Positions 1 to 11,513 of a stretch of DNA of 64,000 nucleotides are shown here, in pieces; position 1 is the stretch's first letter, and each line of letters begins with the position of its first letter. Location of the stretch: the NCBI RefSeq assembly GCF_006345805.1, contig NC_043015.1, positions 45,446,001 through 45,510,000 on the forward strand, read 5' to 3'. The stretch is from Octopus sinensis. Lineage: Eukaryota. A program made the position numbers and the translations under genes. The notes beneath the pieces were generated by a model. The model saw nothing but the letters and a program-made list of their open reading frames with translations, was not told the origin of the DNA and searched no databases.

Positions 1-110
1 GATTTTTGTTTCATAGTTTACTAAGTTCCAGATAAACCCCAAGTTTTTGATACTGAGAAATGCCAATGATGTTGATATTGCATTTGCTCCAAGTGTTTTG
101 AGTATCTGAA

Positions 111-540
111 GGATCTTTTCGGTTTGAACGGCAGTTTTTTCTAGCGGTGTCATATGAAATTGTCACCCATAATTATGACCCTAGAATCGATCTATTGCAT
201 TTCAATCTCTTTCAGGGTTAGGGTTAGTTAGGGTTAGGGGTGGGGGAAGGGTGTCGTTTTTTCTTCACAAATGTAAATAACCCAATCTGTTCTTAAACGA
301 GGGACATATTCATACGGCACAGAATGCTTTTACTCAAAGACGTCACTGATGTTGATGAATTGAAATTGCAGAAATTGAAGAAAAAAAACAACAAATATCT
401 TACAAACTATAGAATTTTCTCAATAAAAAGCCAAGAAAACAGATGTTTTTTAAAACATTAAACACATCTCAGAACGAAGTTTAAAATTTTTAGTTACCTA
501 AAAATTATGTTAAAAACTGCCATTCAAACCGAAAAGATCC
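111..540. mobile_element. Non-autonomous DNA transposon (MITE), Merlin-like, copy 1
   Basis: 28-bp TIRs GGATCTTTTCGGTTTGAACGGCAGTTTT / AAAACTGCCATTCAAACCGAAAAGATCC; decayed 8-bp flanks (tatctgaa/tatttggg, 5/8). Copy 2 at 33284 has a perfect 8-bp TSD. GG termini with an 8-bp TSD fit Merlin (superfamily call is inference). Confidence 0.75.
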
Positions 541-1181
541 TATTTGGGCAGTTCATTTTATCATCAATTTACCGCAGATCTCTTCAGCTGTGAGGAATAA
601 GTACAACAGAGTTTTTTCCTGGCAAAAATTACCAACACCAGCCTGCTGTTCCATCCAGTACAGATTTATCTTTCATCTGCTTAATAGTACAGGAGTTAAG
701 CTCTGACATTATGAATCATTATTCATGAAAGGATGAGTTTTAACCTAAAAAGGTACCTTTCTTGTTGAGGAAGTACATTCACCCTTCAACTTCTGACATT
801 AAACACTTTACAAAATTAACATTAAAACCACTGATGTTCTTGTCATTGTTGCTGTTGACATTTGTACTTATCTTTGTTGGTGGTGTTCATTCAGTTCTTT
901 GCCATGTAATGACCAGAGTCATTAAGAAGTTGGCTTCACAACTAAGTGATTTAGGCATCTGATCCCACTTGAACAAGTGTTTCCTGGTGGAACTTCAAAT
1001 CAATCAAAACCTTTTAAGTGGAATCCAGTAGATAAAGAATGCGTGGAATCCCAGAAGAAGAACTGTTCTAGCTCTTAGATGGTAATACTAAATATCTGGT
1101 GCCCTGTTTGATCGTTTTGATACCAACCTGTCTCAGACCACCCATGGTTCCAAACAAACCACACACACACATATATAAATA

Positions 1182-1387
1182 TACTCTTTACTCTCTTTTA
1201 CTTGTTTCAGTCATTTGACTGCGGCCATGCTGGAGCACCACCTTAAATCGAGCAACTCGACCCCGGGACTTATTCTTTGTAAGCCCAGTACTTATTCCGA
1301 ACCGCTAAGTGATGGGGACATAAACACACCAGCATCAGTTGTCAAGCAATGCTAGGGGGACAAACACAGACACACAAACATACACGT

Positions 1388-1436
<49 letters not shown>

Positions 1437-1615
1437 CATATATACGACGGGCTTCTTTCAGTTTCTGTCTACCAAATCCACTCACAAGGCTTTGGTCGGC
1501 CCAAGGCCCGAGGCTATAGTAGAAGACACTTGCCCAAGGTGCCACGCAGTGGGGATGAACCCAGAACCATGTGGTTGGTAAGCAAGCTACTTACCACACA
1601 GCCACTCCTGCACCT
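1182..1615 (-). mobile_element. tRNA-derived SINE family A, full length
   Basis: Reverse complement of head GGCGCAGGAGTGGCTGTGTGG...GGTTCAGTCCC (Pol III A/B-box-like), internal (TA)n(TG)n, tail ...GAAACAAGTAAAAGAGTA; many copies in window. Confidence 0.9.
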
Positions 1616-1617
1616 AT

Positions 1618-1663
<46 letters not shown>

Positions 1664-2248
1664 TGTGAAGAACAAATAAAATTTGCAAAGTGGAATAAAT
1701 TATTTTGCCATGGGGAAGAAGAGCATATAGTGCTTCTTGACAGAGAATCTAATTTAACCTAATTTACACACATATATATATCTATCATTCCATCTCCTGA
1801 CTTCTGGTGATCCTTACTTCCATTTTAATGCAATTATATTCATGTACCCATTAGCAGATTTGATTATTCCCATAAACCAGGAACGTCTCTCATTTGCAAA
1901 TATTGAAGCATTTCCTTTCGTTGTAGAAAAGAAACCAGAATCCATTTGTGAGGTCATACAATAATAGCGCCAAGAATCAGCAGAACTTTCCCTATGCAAC
2001 AAACCCACTCAATAATAATCACAGTCACTTTTTCAAAATATGGCTTGGAGATGAAGATTTACAACTGTCCACAATGATTCAGCTATGATTATTATCGGTG
2101 AGAGAGCACACACACACACACACACACTAATGTACTTTTCCTTATCCAAATGCAACAGAAAACTAAGAAGTGCATTCTAACGAATGATTTGCAACATATG
2201 AACAAATTTTTAGATTTATATGCAAGAGGAGAAATATCACTCATACAT

Positions 2249-2381
2249 TTCGTTTTGGGGATTTGGTTTGCAAGATTCTTTATGTGAGTACGTGTGTTGA
2301 AGCATTTTAGGAAAGTAAAAATACATGGAAATTTTACCGGTGAGGCACAAAAAGAAAATGACTCTCCCCAGACACAACAGA
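2249..2381 (-). mobile_element. Short retroposed repeat with internal inversion and 13-bp TSD (same family as 23364-23535)
   Basis: ATCACTCATACAT at 2236-2248 and 2382-2394. Its two halves match 23395-23535 but in opposite relative orientation. Confidence 0.75.
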
Positions 2382-2408
2382 ATCACTCATACATGTATGA
2401 CTTTTCAG

Positions 2409-2516
2409 CCCACGGGCATATAGCGTAGTGGTTAAGAGCGTGGGCTACTAACCCCAAGATGCCGAGTTCAATTCTAGGCAGTGACCTGAATAATAATAAT
2501 AATAGTAGTAGTAGTA
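2409..2516 (+). mobile_element. Short tRNA-derived SINE / tRNA pseudogene with (TAA)n(TAG)n tail
   Basis: TAGCGTAGTGG A-box, GAGTTCAATTC B-box, TGGG-CTACTAA-CCCA anticodon-like arm, simple-repeat tail; head fragment recurs at about 23093-23120. Confidence 0.65.
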
Positions 2517-2709
2517 GAGCATTATCGCTGTGAAAATAACATCCATCCGTGAATTTATTTATTTATTAATTTTTAAATACATATTTTGTCTGAATTTGCA
2601 CATCTAATCTGGGAATGCATACAATGGAAGAAAATTTGAAGAAAGAAGAAAAAAATATAATAATAATAATTACCTTAGGAATGAGAACCCAGGTTCGAAA
2701 TTTCCGCAA

Positions 2710-2755
2710 GACACCTGATGAAGGCTGGAAAGTATATCAGCCGAAACATTGTGTT
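2710..2755 (+). ncRNA. Minimal type-I hammerhead ribozyme-like motif (PLE terminal-repeat type), probably CpG-decayed
   Basis: GACAC-CTGATGA-A-GGCTG(gaaagtatat)CAGCC-GAAAC-ATT-GTGTT: intact core boxes, 5-bp stem II, 5-bp stem I; ATT plausibly from GTT. Confidence 0.6.
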
Positions 2756-3204
2756 AACAACAAACAAGATGAGGACAAATATCCGTCAAATGTAAATAAT
2801 GTTTTCAGCTTTCAGTCTCAAAGAATTTAGCAATATACCTGAAGTGAAATGGCAGCAACCAGGAACTGAATCTCTGTTATCAACTCGGTCTTACGGAAAG
2901 TTTACCTTTTATTCTTTTCTATTTATAATTATATCAAAATTACTGAAAATCGCTAATAACAAAGATGTATATAATTGTTTAGAATAGTTCAGATATTCAT
3001 AATATTAGCCATTTATTTTGCATTCTATTTCCTATCCTATTCTATATTTGAATTCTTTTGATAGCAACTTGCCTGAGACCACCATTAGTTTTATGATACA
3101 AAACCTCCTGCTTTAAAGTGAGCTGAATTTAAACCTTGCATCAAGATTTCATGCTAATTTGATGTGAGCTGATTTCTCTGAAGTCAGCTCACATTTCTCC
3201 AAAG

Positions 3205-3244
3205 ATTTCCTGAAGAAGGGGTTGTAAGCCCGAAATATTGAAAT
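3205..3244 (+). ncRNA. Minimal type-I hammerhead ribozyme-like motif with palindromic stem III
   Basis: ATTTC-CTGAAGA-A-GGG(gttgtaag)CCC-GAAAT-ATT-GAAAT; self-complementary AATATT stem III; AATAAA at 3242-3247. Confidence 0.65.
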
Positions 3245-3361
3245 AAAAGGTAAAAGTACAAACCATCAACTTACATTATTTCTTATAACTTGCATTGCTT
3301 AGACTTTGAAAAAAAATTAAAACATGTGTGTATGCATGTATGTGTATGTATGTATATATAT

Positions 3362-3718
3362 ATTCTTTTATTTGTTTCAGTCATTTGACTGCAACCTTGC
3401 TGGAGCACTGCCTTTAGTCAAACAAATCGACCCTAGGGCTTATTCTTTGTAAGCCTAGTACTTATTCCATCAGTCTCTTTTGCCAAACTGCTAAGTTACT
3501 GGGACTTAAACACATCAAAATCTGTTGTCAAGCAATGGTGGAAGGGCAAACAGACACACAAACAGTTCTACACACACACACACACAAACACATATATATA
3601 TATACATGACGGGATTCTTTCAGTTTCCGTCTACCAAATCCACTCACAAGGCTTTGGTCAGCCTGAGGCTATAGTAGAAAACACTTGCCCGAAACTACTT
3701 ACTACACAACCACTCCTG
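3362..3718 (-). mobile_element. SINE family A with internal deletion
   Basis: Matches family A tail and body; part of head deleted. Confidence 0.85.
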
Positions 3719-3720
3719 TG

Positions 3721-3761
<41 letters not shown>

Positions 3762-4060
3762 GCACACATACACACAATACAGCTGGCTCTCTACATTTAA
3801 ACATTCCACCTTAAAACTTCTCTGCAGCATAATCTGAAATGTAAGATATTTTTCCACCCTGATCGTAGAGGCTCAATTTGTCCAATGCTTATTTACTTCC
3901 ATTATGGCCTGCACATTGTGGTGAACGACATCTACCAACGTTGTGATGGATCTCTGAGCCCCCAGAAACAGCTGTTGAACTTGTAACACCTTACCTCTTC
4001 TCCCTTAATTTTCTTTGTCACTTGTACTTTGTGTAAGTTGGACCTATTTATATAAATATC

Positions 4061-4283
4061 TACAGTAATCTCTCGACTATCACGGGTATTATGTTCCAAA
4101 AAACCCCACGATAGGTGAAAATTCGCAAAGTAGAAACAGTACTAAACTGTATACATTTTTTTATTTTTATAATTTGTATATATTTATTTTATCATAAATG
4201 CAAACAACGCCATGGAGGAATTGGCATAAGCTTAAATAATAAACCGTGATAGGTGAACTGCGATATGGTTAGGGATTACTGTA
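4061..4283 (+). mobile_element. pogo/Tigger-like MITE, copy 1
   Basis: TA-CAGTAATCTCTCG...AGGGATTACTG-TA termini; homologous inverted copy at 7530-7758. Confidence 0.75.
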
Positions 4284-4675
4284 TATATCTATACTTAAAT
4301 ATTCATCGTCTTACTTTCTCTCATTTTACATGTATACACATATACATATTTTGTATATCAAACCCAAGTTGTTATATTTAATTTGTTTATCCACACAATT
4401 GCTTCTCTCTTTCTCTCTCTTTCTCACATATATTTGTACATACATATACACACACATATATAGACACACATATATACACACACAAATATATATATATATA
4501 TAATAAATAAACGATATATAATATTATATTACTTATTATATATTGTTTATTCATTTTTGTACTTTTTGTGATCTAGTTATTTGCTTTATATTTTATTTTT
4601 CTTTATGATTTGGTTTATGTTTATCATTGTTTGAATTGCATAATAGTGGTTTTTCTCTAATTTATATATATATAT

Positions 4676-4782
4676 CACGTGACTGACTAGGCTATCAGAT
4701 GTTGCTACACATCGCTGGTCACAATGCGCTTCGCATTGTTTTAGCCTTCAAATGACGCCACCCCGCTGGCTAAGCAAGCAGG

Positions 4783-4784
<2 letters not shown>
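4676..4784 (-). mobile_element. 3' fragment of SINE family D
   Basis: Reverse complement of GGCCTGCTCGCTTAGCCAGCGGGGTGGCGTCATTTGAAGG...CTGATAGCC seen at 58.9 and 62.9 kb. Confidence 0.85.
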
Positions 4785-4817
<33 letters not shown>

Positions 4818-4822
4818 CAAAA

Positions 4823-5052
4823 GGCGGCGAGCTGGCAGAAACGTTAGCACGCCGGGCGAAATGCGTAGCTGTATTTCGTCTGTCGTCACGTTCCGAGTTC
4901 AAATTCCGCCGAGGTCGACTTTGCCTTTCATCCTTTCGGGGTCGATAAATTAAGTACCAGTTACACACTGGGGTCGATGTAATCAACTTAATCCGTTCGT
5001 CTGTCCTTGTTTGTCCCGTCTGTGTTTAGCCCCTTGTGGGTAGTAAAGAAAT
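4823..5052 (+). mobile_element. tRNA-derived SINE family B, full length
   Basis: Head GGCGGCGAGCTGGCAGAAACGTTAGC, B-box GAGTTCAAATTCC, body GTCGACTTTGCCTTTCATCCTTTCGGGGTCGATAAA, tail GTAGTAAAGAAATA. Confidence 0.9.
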
Positions 5053-5062
5053 ATATATATAT

Positions 5063-5095
<33 letters not shown>

Positions 5096-5886
5096 TATCT
5101 ATACATACAATAAATATATATACATTACACATATATACATATATATGCATTTAGTTATTTTAAAGTTTTTGCAAGTAAAATTGGACAATGCTTTACTAAT
5201 GAAGTCAAAGTAGAAGTGAAATGGCAAAATCTATCCAGAATTATCACCATGGTGCCAAAATTCATACTCGCTCGTCACTGCATTACATATTTAATTCCTT
5301 TTAATTAATTAAAATTTCACATTGTATTCCCTGCAATTGTTTTGTTTAGTTTTGTTTCTCCTTTTCCAAATAGAATTCTTTAAACAATGGTTGTTCTTAT
5401 AACTAAGGGTATAATTTTAATTAATTAATGGAAATTCCTTGGTTTACTACATCAAGAATGCTAGCACCCGTTTTACCAAAGAATCCTGCGACACTGAAGC
5501 TGACCTCCAACTGTGTAGAAACAATATTTCCTCTCTTAAATTAGCATATTCTCTGTAAAGGGCTAAAATCCATGACAAAAATAAATGTTCTTCAATACAA
5601 TTAATTAGTTCTTATTCTGTGTCGTGTAATACTTTTTTTTTTCTTCTTTAAATTGAAATCATATTGCCAAAATTTAAGTTAAATAGTTCAGCACTTCTGA
5701 ATTATTCTTGAAATAAACATATCTTGAAAAATCACCATCTCTTCAACATGCTGCTTTTGTAGTTACTATTGCTGTCATTTAGATCCAGGTCAATTATGAT
5801 TGAGTAGATATATATGATCAGAATCATTCCAATCATGACCACCCAGTCTTTTTTCTTTTTTTAGGTAATGTGTATATAACCAAATA

Positions 5887-6293
5887 GGCGCAGGAGTGGC
5901 TGTGTGGTAAGTAGCTTGCTTACCAACCACATAGTCATGGATTCAGTACCACTGCGTGGCATCTTGGGCAAGTGTCTTATACTATAGCCTCGGGCCGACC
6001 AAAGCCTTGCGAGTGGATTTGGTAGACAAAAACTGAAAGAAGCCCGTTGTATATATGTGTATATATATGCATCTGTGTGTATGTTTGTGTGTCTGTGTTT
6101 GTTCCCCCAACATCACTTGACAACCGATGCTGGTGTGTTTACGTCCCCGTAACTTAGCAGTTCGGCAAAAGAGACCGATAGAATAAGTACTAGGCTTACA
6201 AAGAATAAGTCCTGGGATCGATTTGCTCGACTAAAAGGCGGTGCTCCAGCATGGCCACAGTCAAATGACTGAAACAAGTAACAGAGTAAAAGA
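5887..6293 (+). mobile_element. SINE family A, full length
   Basis: Head-to-tail match to family A. Confidence 0.9.
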
Positions 6294-6866
6294 GGTCCTT
6301 GTGTATGAGAGTTACTTACAAAACTAGTAAAACTCTGCACAATTCACAGAATCTAAGAGTAAACAAGAACCTATTTTCCAAAAACCAAAAACAAAACAGC
6401 AACAACAACAACAATAAAAAAGAAAAAAAAAAGAAAAGGTTATAGGTGAATCTGAAGGGAGAAGTCTATTATAGCATTAACTCATAGTTACAACTTTAAT
6501 TAGCCTTTAGGTAGCAAGAATGCGATATTGTGATGTTAATGATTATAATTAATGGATGCACACAGTAATGATATTCTAGATAGCCAAACAATCCACTTCT
6601 TCATTATGCATGATTTGTTAGCAGCAGCAGCAGCCAGAGCTAAATGATAGGAGTGAAGAGCTCTTCTTGTGTGTGTGTCTGTGTGTGTGAATGAATAATA
6701 CTATGACTATGGTGTTAAAAAGAGAGAAAAACACTAGAAGTGGTGGTTGGCTGCTGTTGTGTTGGAGAGATAGCCAATGCCTAGGAGATACAGAACTGTA
6801 ATATTACACTTCTGACAACAAAACCTGTTCTAACTGCAAGTATATATATATATATATATATATATA

Positions 6867-7018
6867 GGTGCAGGAGTGGCTGTGTGGTAAGTAGCTTGCT
6901 TGTCCCACTGTGTGGCACCTTGGGCAAGTGTCTTCTACTATAGCCCTCAGGCTGACCAAAGCCTTGTAAGTGGATTTGGTAGACGGAAACTAAAAGAAGC
7001 CCGTCATATATATGTATG

Positions 7019-7058
<40 letters not shown>

Positions 7059-7260
7059 TGTTTGTCCCCACCAACATCACTTGACAACCGATGCTAGTGT
7101 GTTTACATCCCTGTCACTTAGCGGTTCGGCAAAAAGAGACTGATAGAGTAAGTACTGGGCTTACAAAGAATAAGTCCTGGGGTCAATTTGCTCGACTAAA
7201 TGCAGTACCCCAGCATGGCTGCAGTCAAATGACTAAAACAAGTAAAAGAGTAAAGAGAGT
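6867..7260 (+). mobile_element. SINE family A
   Basis: Family A with short deletion in head, downstream of (TA)n. Confidence 0.9.
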
Positions 7261-7288
7261 ATATATATATATACATATACACACACAC

Positions 7289-7506
7289 ATGAGAGGGTGC
7301 TGAAAAGTTTCTAGCTTTAAGGGTATCACAAAAGGACTGGTTGGAGGCCCAACCATCCAAGTTCTTTTACAGGGTTTAGAAAAACTGAAGGACCACTACA
7401 ATAATTATGTGAATCTGAGAGGGGAATATGTCGAATAAAACCATAATTAACTGATCTTCCTGTATTTTCTTTTACCCCAAACCAAGAATTTTTCAACACT
7501 CCATTG
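7289..7506 (+). mobile_element. Mariner-derived MITE retaining the transposase C-terminus
   Basis: TIRs GAGAGGGTGCTGAAAAGTTTCTAGCTT / AACCAAGAATTTTTCAACACTCC; internal frame LLQGLEKLKDHYNNYVNLRGEYVE* resembles a mariner C-terminus; related ends at 25363-25472 and 45980-46010. Confidence 0.75.
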
Positions 7507-7529
7507 TGTATCTACATACATATATGAAA

Positions 7530-7758
7530 TACAGGAACCCCTCGCCATATCACAGGTCATCTATTGTGGTTTATTATCTAAGCTTACATCTTTTCCCCTG
7601 TAGTGCTGTCTTGCATGTATAATAAAATAAATATATACAAATTATGAAAATAATTTTTTTTTAAATATACAGCACAGTACTCTTTCTACTTCACAGATTT
7701 TCACCCATCATGTGGGGTTTTGGAACATAACACCCGTGATAGTCAAGGGATTACTGTA
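7530..7758 (-). mobile_element. pogo/Tigger-like MITE, copy 2
   Basis: Inverted homolog of 4061-4283; TA-flanked, ends AGGGATTACTG-TA. Confidence 0.75.
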
Positions 7759-7938
7759 TACTGTTCCATGAAGGTAAGATCAACAAAGTAATCCACCTGG
7801 TGAGAGATAAATATTGTTTAATGAACACAGTATATATTTTTGTAAGGTAGTAACAGTTTCATGCAATGAAAACAACACAACATATATTGTGTTTATTACA
7901 CACACACACACACATTATGAACTTGATACTGTTGTCAT

Positions 7939-8174
7939 GGCAGGGCAGCGAGCTGGCAGAAACGTTAGCACACCGGGCGAAATGTTTAGCGGTATTTCGT
8001 CTGCCGTTAAGTTCTGAGTTCGAATTCCGCCGAGGTCGACTTTGCCTTTCATCCTTTTGGGATCGATAAATTAAGTACCAGTTACACACTAGGGTCGATA
8101 TAATCGACTTAATCTGTTTGTCTGTCCTTGTTTGTCCCCTCTGTGTTTAGCCCCTTGTAGGTAGTAAAGAAATA
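7939..8174 (+). mobile_element. SINE family B with 14-bp TSD
   Basis: GATACTGTTGTCAT at 7925-7938 and 8175-8188. Confidence 0.92.
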
Positions 8175-8832
8175 GATACTGTTGTCATTGTTCAGCACCA
8201 GGTCAGCCCCTATTGGGCAGATTCATGACAAAGGAAGTCCAAACATGACCATTCCATCTTTTTTTCAAATATTATAAGTGCAGATATGGTATGTAGATGC
8301 AGACATGGCGTGTAGGCTAAGTACGGACATGGCTGTGTGGTCGTGAGGTTTGCTTCCCAACCACAGGTTTTTAAGTTCAGTCTTATTGTGTGGCAGTGTG
8401 GCACCTTGAGTAAGTGTCTTCTGTCATAGTTGACCAATACCTTGTGAGTTTGATTAGGTAGATGGAAACTGTATGGAAACCTTGTGTGTATGCATGTCTT
8501 TACTCTGACGCCGTTCAGCCAGCTGATGAGGTGATGTTTATGTCCCACATAGACACTAAATCCAACAGCACAAATGGCTTTGGTAAAGTTGTGGAATAAA
8601 GTACTTGATTGGAAAGCGAAAAGAGGACCAGCATCAAGTAAAGCATCCTGTCGTAAAATACTGCTGGTTGTTGTCTTCCCTGGAGTCAATTCTGATTGCT
8701 TCCATATTTGTAATATTTAACAATCTAATGAAACAGGGATGAGAAAGCTTTGCCATCCGACAAATAAATGAACAAACAAATGAATAAATAAAAGATATTT
8801 ACATTTTAAGAATTCAGAAACTTCAACAAATA

Positions 8833-9240
8833 TACTCTTTTTTACTCTTTTACTTGTTTCAGTCATTTGACTGCGGCCATGCTGGAGCATCACCTTTAAT
8901 CGAGCAACTCAACCCCGGGACTTATTCTTTGTAAGCCCAGTACTTATTCTATTGGTAACTTTTTGCCGAACCGCTAAGTGACGGGGACATAAACACACCA
9001 GCATCGATTGTCAAGCAATGCTAGGGGGACAAACACAGACACACATACACACACACATACATATATAAATATACATATATACGACGGGCTTCTTTCAGTT
9101 TCCGCCTACCAAATCCACTCACAAGGCTTTGGTCGGCCCGAGGCTATAGTAGAAGACACTTGCCCAAGGTGCCATGCAGTGGGACTGAACCCGGAACCAT
9201 GTGATTGGTAAGCAAGCTACTTACCACACAGCCACTCCTG
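8833..9240 (-). mobile_element. SINE family A, full length
   Basis: Reverse-complement match to family A. Confidence 0.9.
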
Positions 9241-9831
9241 AAGTAAATTATTTTAAACATTAAAACTCAAAGAAGATAAAGTTATGAAGCAATAGCATAC
9301 TGAATATTAGAATTTAAAAAAAAAAACCCTTGAAAAGGAATGTGTCTGTGGCTACCTAAAGGACATTTTTCTTTCCAAGGGGGTTTTTAACCTAATATTC
9401 TACATGCTAGCTATTGTTCATAGCTTTATCTTCTGTGAGTTCCAATGTCAAAAATAATTTTAAAAAACAGATATTTTTGGCTTTTTTAAAAGCAAGAACA
9501 GAGAATATATTCTGAACTAAATGTTCTTAAATCTGCTATGAAACTCTATATACTGGTATGTTGATATTTTTATAGTAGCGGGGGAGGAGCAGCAGAAATG
9601 TTTTAATACATTTTTTGCATCCAATTTTTTCCAAGCTACTAAAGGTAGGGAATTTGTAGAAATCTGGATATTTTTGCAATGCCAAATTATTGAAGCAAGT
9701 ATTTTAACGGCTGTCTAGTGCCAACTGCCTGCTCAACCATAAAGTCAAGTACATTTTTTTTTCCTTAATCTAGACAGATTGAAGTAAAACCAAGTAATAT
9801 GTCTTATAATAGAAAAACAACTAGGCATTAA

Positions 9832-10112
9832 CCCTTTAAAATATCTGGCCAAAATATTCTATCAGTTTTCTGGCCAAAATATTCTATCAGTTTTCTGGCC
9901 AAAATATTTTATCAGTTTTCTGGCCAAAATATTTTATCAGTTTTATGTTCAAACTGACCTAATCCAGTTTCTCACACCTACCCTACAATGTCAGTTTAAA
10001 AAGAAACAATCACATCATTGAAATCTTCAAGCTACGAGCCAATGCCTGATTAGTTCAAAACAATGTGAATAAATAAGTATTACATTTGACAGAGTAATCT
10101 GAATGCTAACGA
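9832..10112 (+). mobile_element. piggyBac-type MITE with internal 4 x 25-bp tandem repeat
   Basis: TTAA-CCCT left end, TTAA at 10113-10116; unit CTGGCCAAAATATTYTATCAGTTTT x4 at 9845-9944; homologous to 35730-36368, 41607-41718 and 27263-27350. Confidence 0.7.
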
Positions 10113-10129
10113 TTAAAATTTTTTAATAT

Positions 10130-10527
10130 ATGGTATTGACGAAAGGGGTTTTGTTTCATCAGGACAATGCTCCAGGACACAAGTCCTTCTTTTCAATGGC
10201 TGGTGTGCATGGCTGTGACTTTGAACTGGTTCATCACTCTCCCTGTTCTCCTGATCTGGCCCTATCTGACTATCATCTGTTCCTCGACATAAAAGAACAC
10301 TTGGCTGGGAACCAGTATCGCAGTGATGATGACATCATGTCTGCTGTCGATGATATTTTTGACCAACAGGATGAAAGCTTCTTCTAGAATGGGAACCAAG
10401 TACTGCAACCCTCATGGAAGAAGTGTGTGGACTGCAAGGGAGACTATGTTGAAAAATAAACCTCATTTGGTCCGCATTTCATGTGAGTATTTTGGTCAGC
10501 CTATGAGCTTTCCAGCTGGTCCTCATA
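10130..10527 (+). pseudogene. Mariner (D,D34D) transposase C-terminal remnant with right TIR
   Basis: VLFHQDNAPGH...HHSPCSPDLALSDYHLF with 34 residues between the two Asp; in-frame stop at 10385, then ...WKKCVDCKGDYVEK* (ends 10459); TIR-like GGTCAGCCTATGAGCTTTCCAGCTGGTCCTCA-TA. Confidence 0.9.
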
Positions 10528-10530
10528 TAT

Positions 10531-10766
10531 CTTTTTATTTTTTTACTTGTTTCAGTTATTTGACTGTGGCCATGCTGGAGCACCACCTTAAAGGGTTTTT
10601 AGTGAAACAAATCGACCCCAGGACTTATTCTTTATAAGCCTTGTACTTATTCTATTTGTCTCTTAGGATGTAAACACACTAACATCAGTTGTCAAGTGAT
10701 GGTGGGAGACACAGATACACACACACACATGTATGTATGTATATATGTATGTATGTATGTATATAT

Positions 10767-10816
<50 letters not shown>

Positions 10817-10964
10817 GGATGGACTTCTTTCAGTTTCTGCCTACCAAATCCACTTGCTGAAGCTATAGTAAAAGACACTTGCCCAAGGTGCCATACAGTG
10901 GGACTGAACCCGGAACCATGTGGTTGAGAAGCAAGCTTATTATCACACAGCCATGCTTGCACCT
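10531..10964 (-). mobile_element. SINE family A (diverged)
   Basis: Family A tail, internal microsatellite and head. Confidence 0.85.
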
Positions 10965-11513
10965 ATACGTATATATAATTACACAGAGAGAGGGGGTGAG
11001 TGTGTGTATGTGTGTGAATTCCCATAATGTAAAATCAACATGGGGGAAACAATATGGCTTCCAATTTTTCATTCATCACTAATCCGAGATAACATGGTAT
11101 GCTCAACTGTGAACCACGTTACGCTTATCATGAATTGATCTATGATAACACAGATGAGTGATCATTCAAAGATTGTGTGGACTACAAATGCACATCCCAG
11201 CAACCATCCATAATGATCAGATACCCAAACTGCACTGATTATTTACATCTCATATTTACATCTCCTTGCCTCATTTTTGCACATTTTTTAAAGGGATTTA
11301 CATATCCATCTACATTCCATGAGTAAACAGGAAAAATATTTTAATTACTGTTATAGCTTTATTATTTACTGATCACATGTCATTAAATTTTACTTTAAAT
11401 ATTATTCCAAACATGAAGCATCATCTTCATAATCATCAATGCACTGGGAATTGAAACCAGTCTTGACAATCATAAATGCAGTACCTTAATCATTAGGCCA
11501 TGTGCCTTTGCAT

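Noticed and set aside
215-240. Interstitial telomere
   Set aside because: Only about 3 units, inside a MITE.
762-1090. Unique-looking ORF with an LRR-like stretch (ELQINQNLLSGI)
   Set aside because: Interrupted by in-frame stops; only one partial motif; no recognisable protein in six frames.
2414-2486. Functional tRNA gene
   Set aside because: Acceptor and T stems do not pair properly, the ACT anticodon is atypical, and there is a simple-repeat tail; treated as SINE or pseudogene.
9845-9944. 4 x 25-bp direct repeats (CRISPR-like at first glance)
   Set aside because: No spacers; a contiguous tandem expansion inside a piggyBac MITE in eukaryotic DNA.
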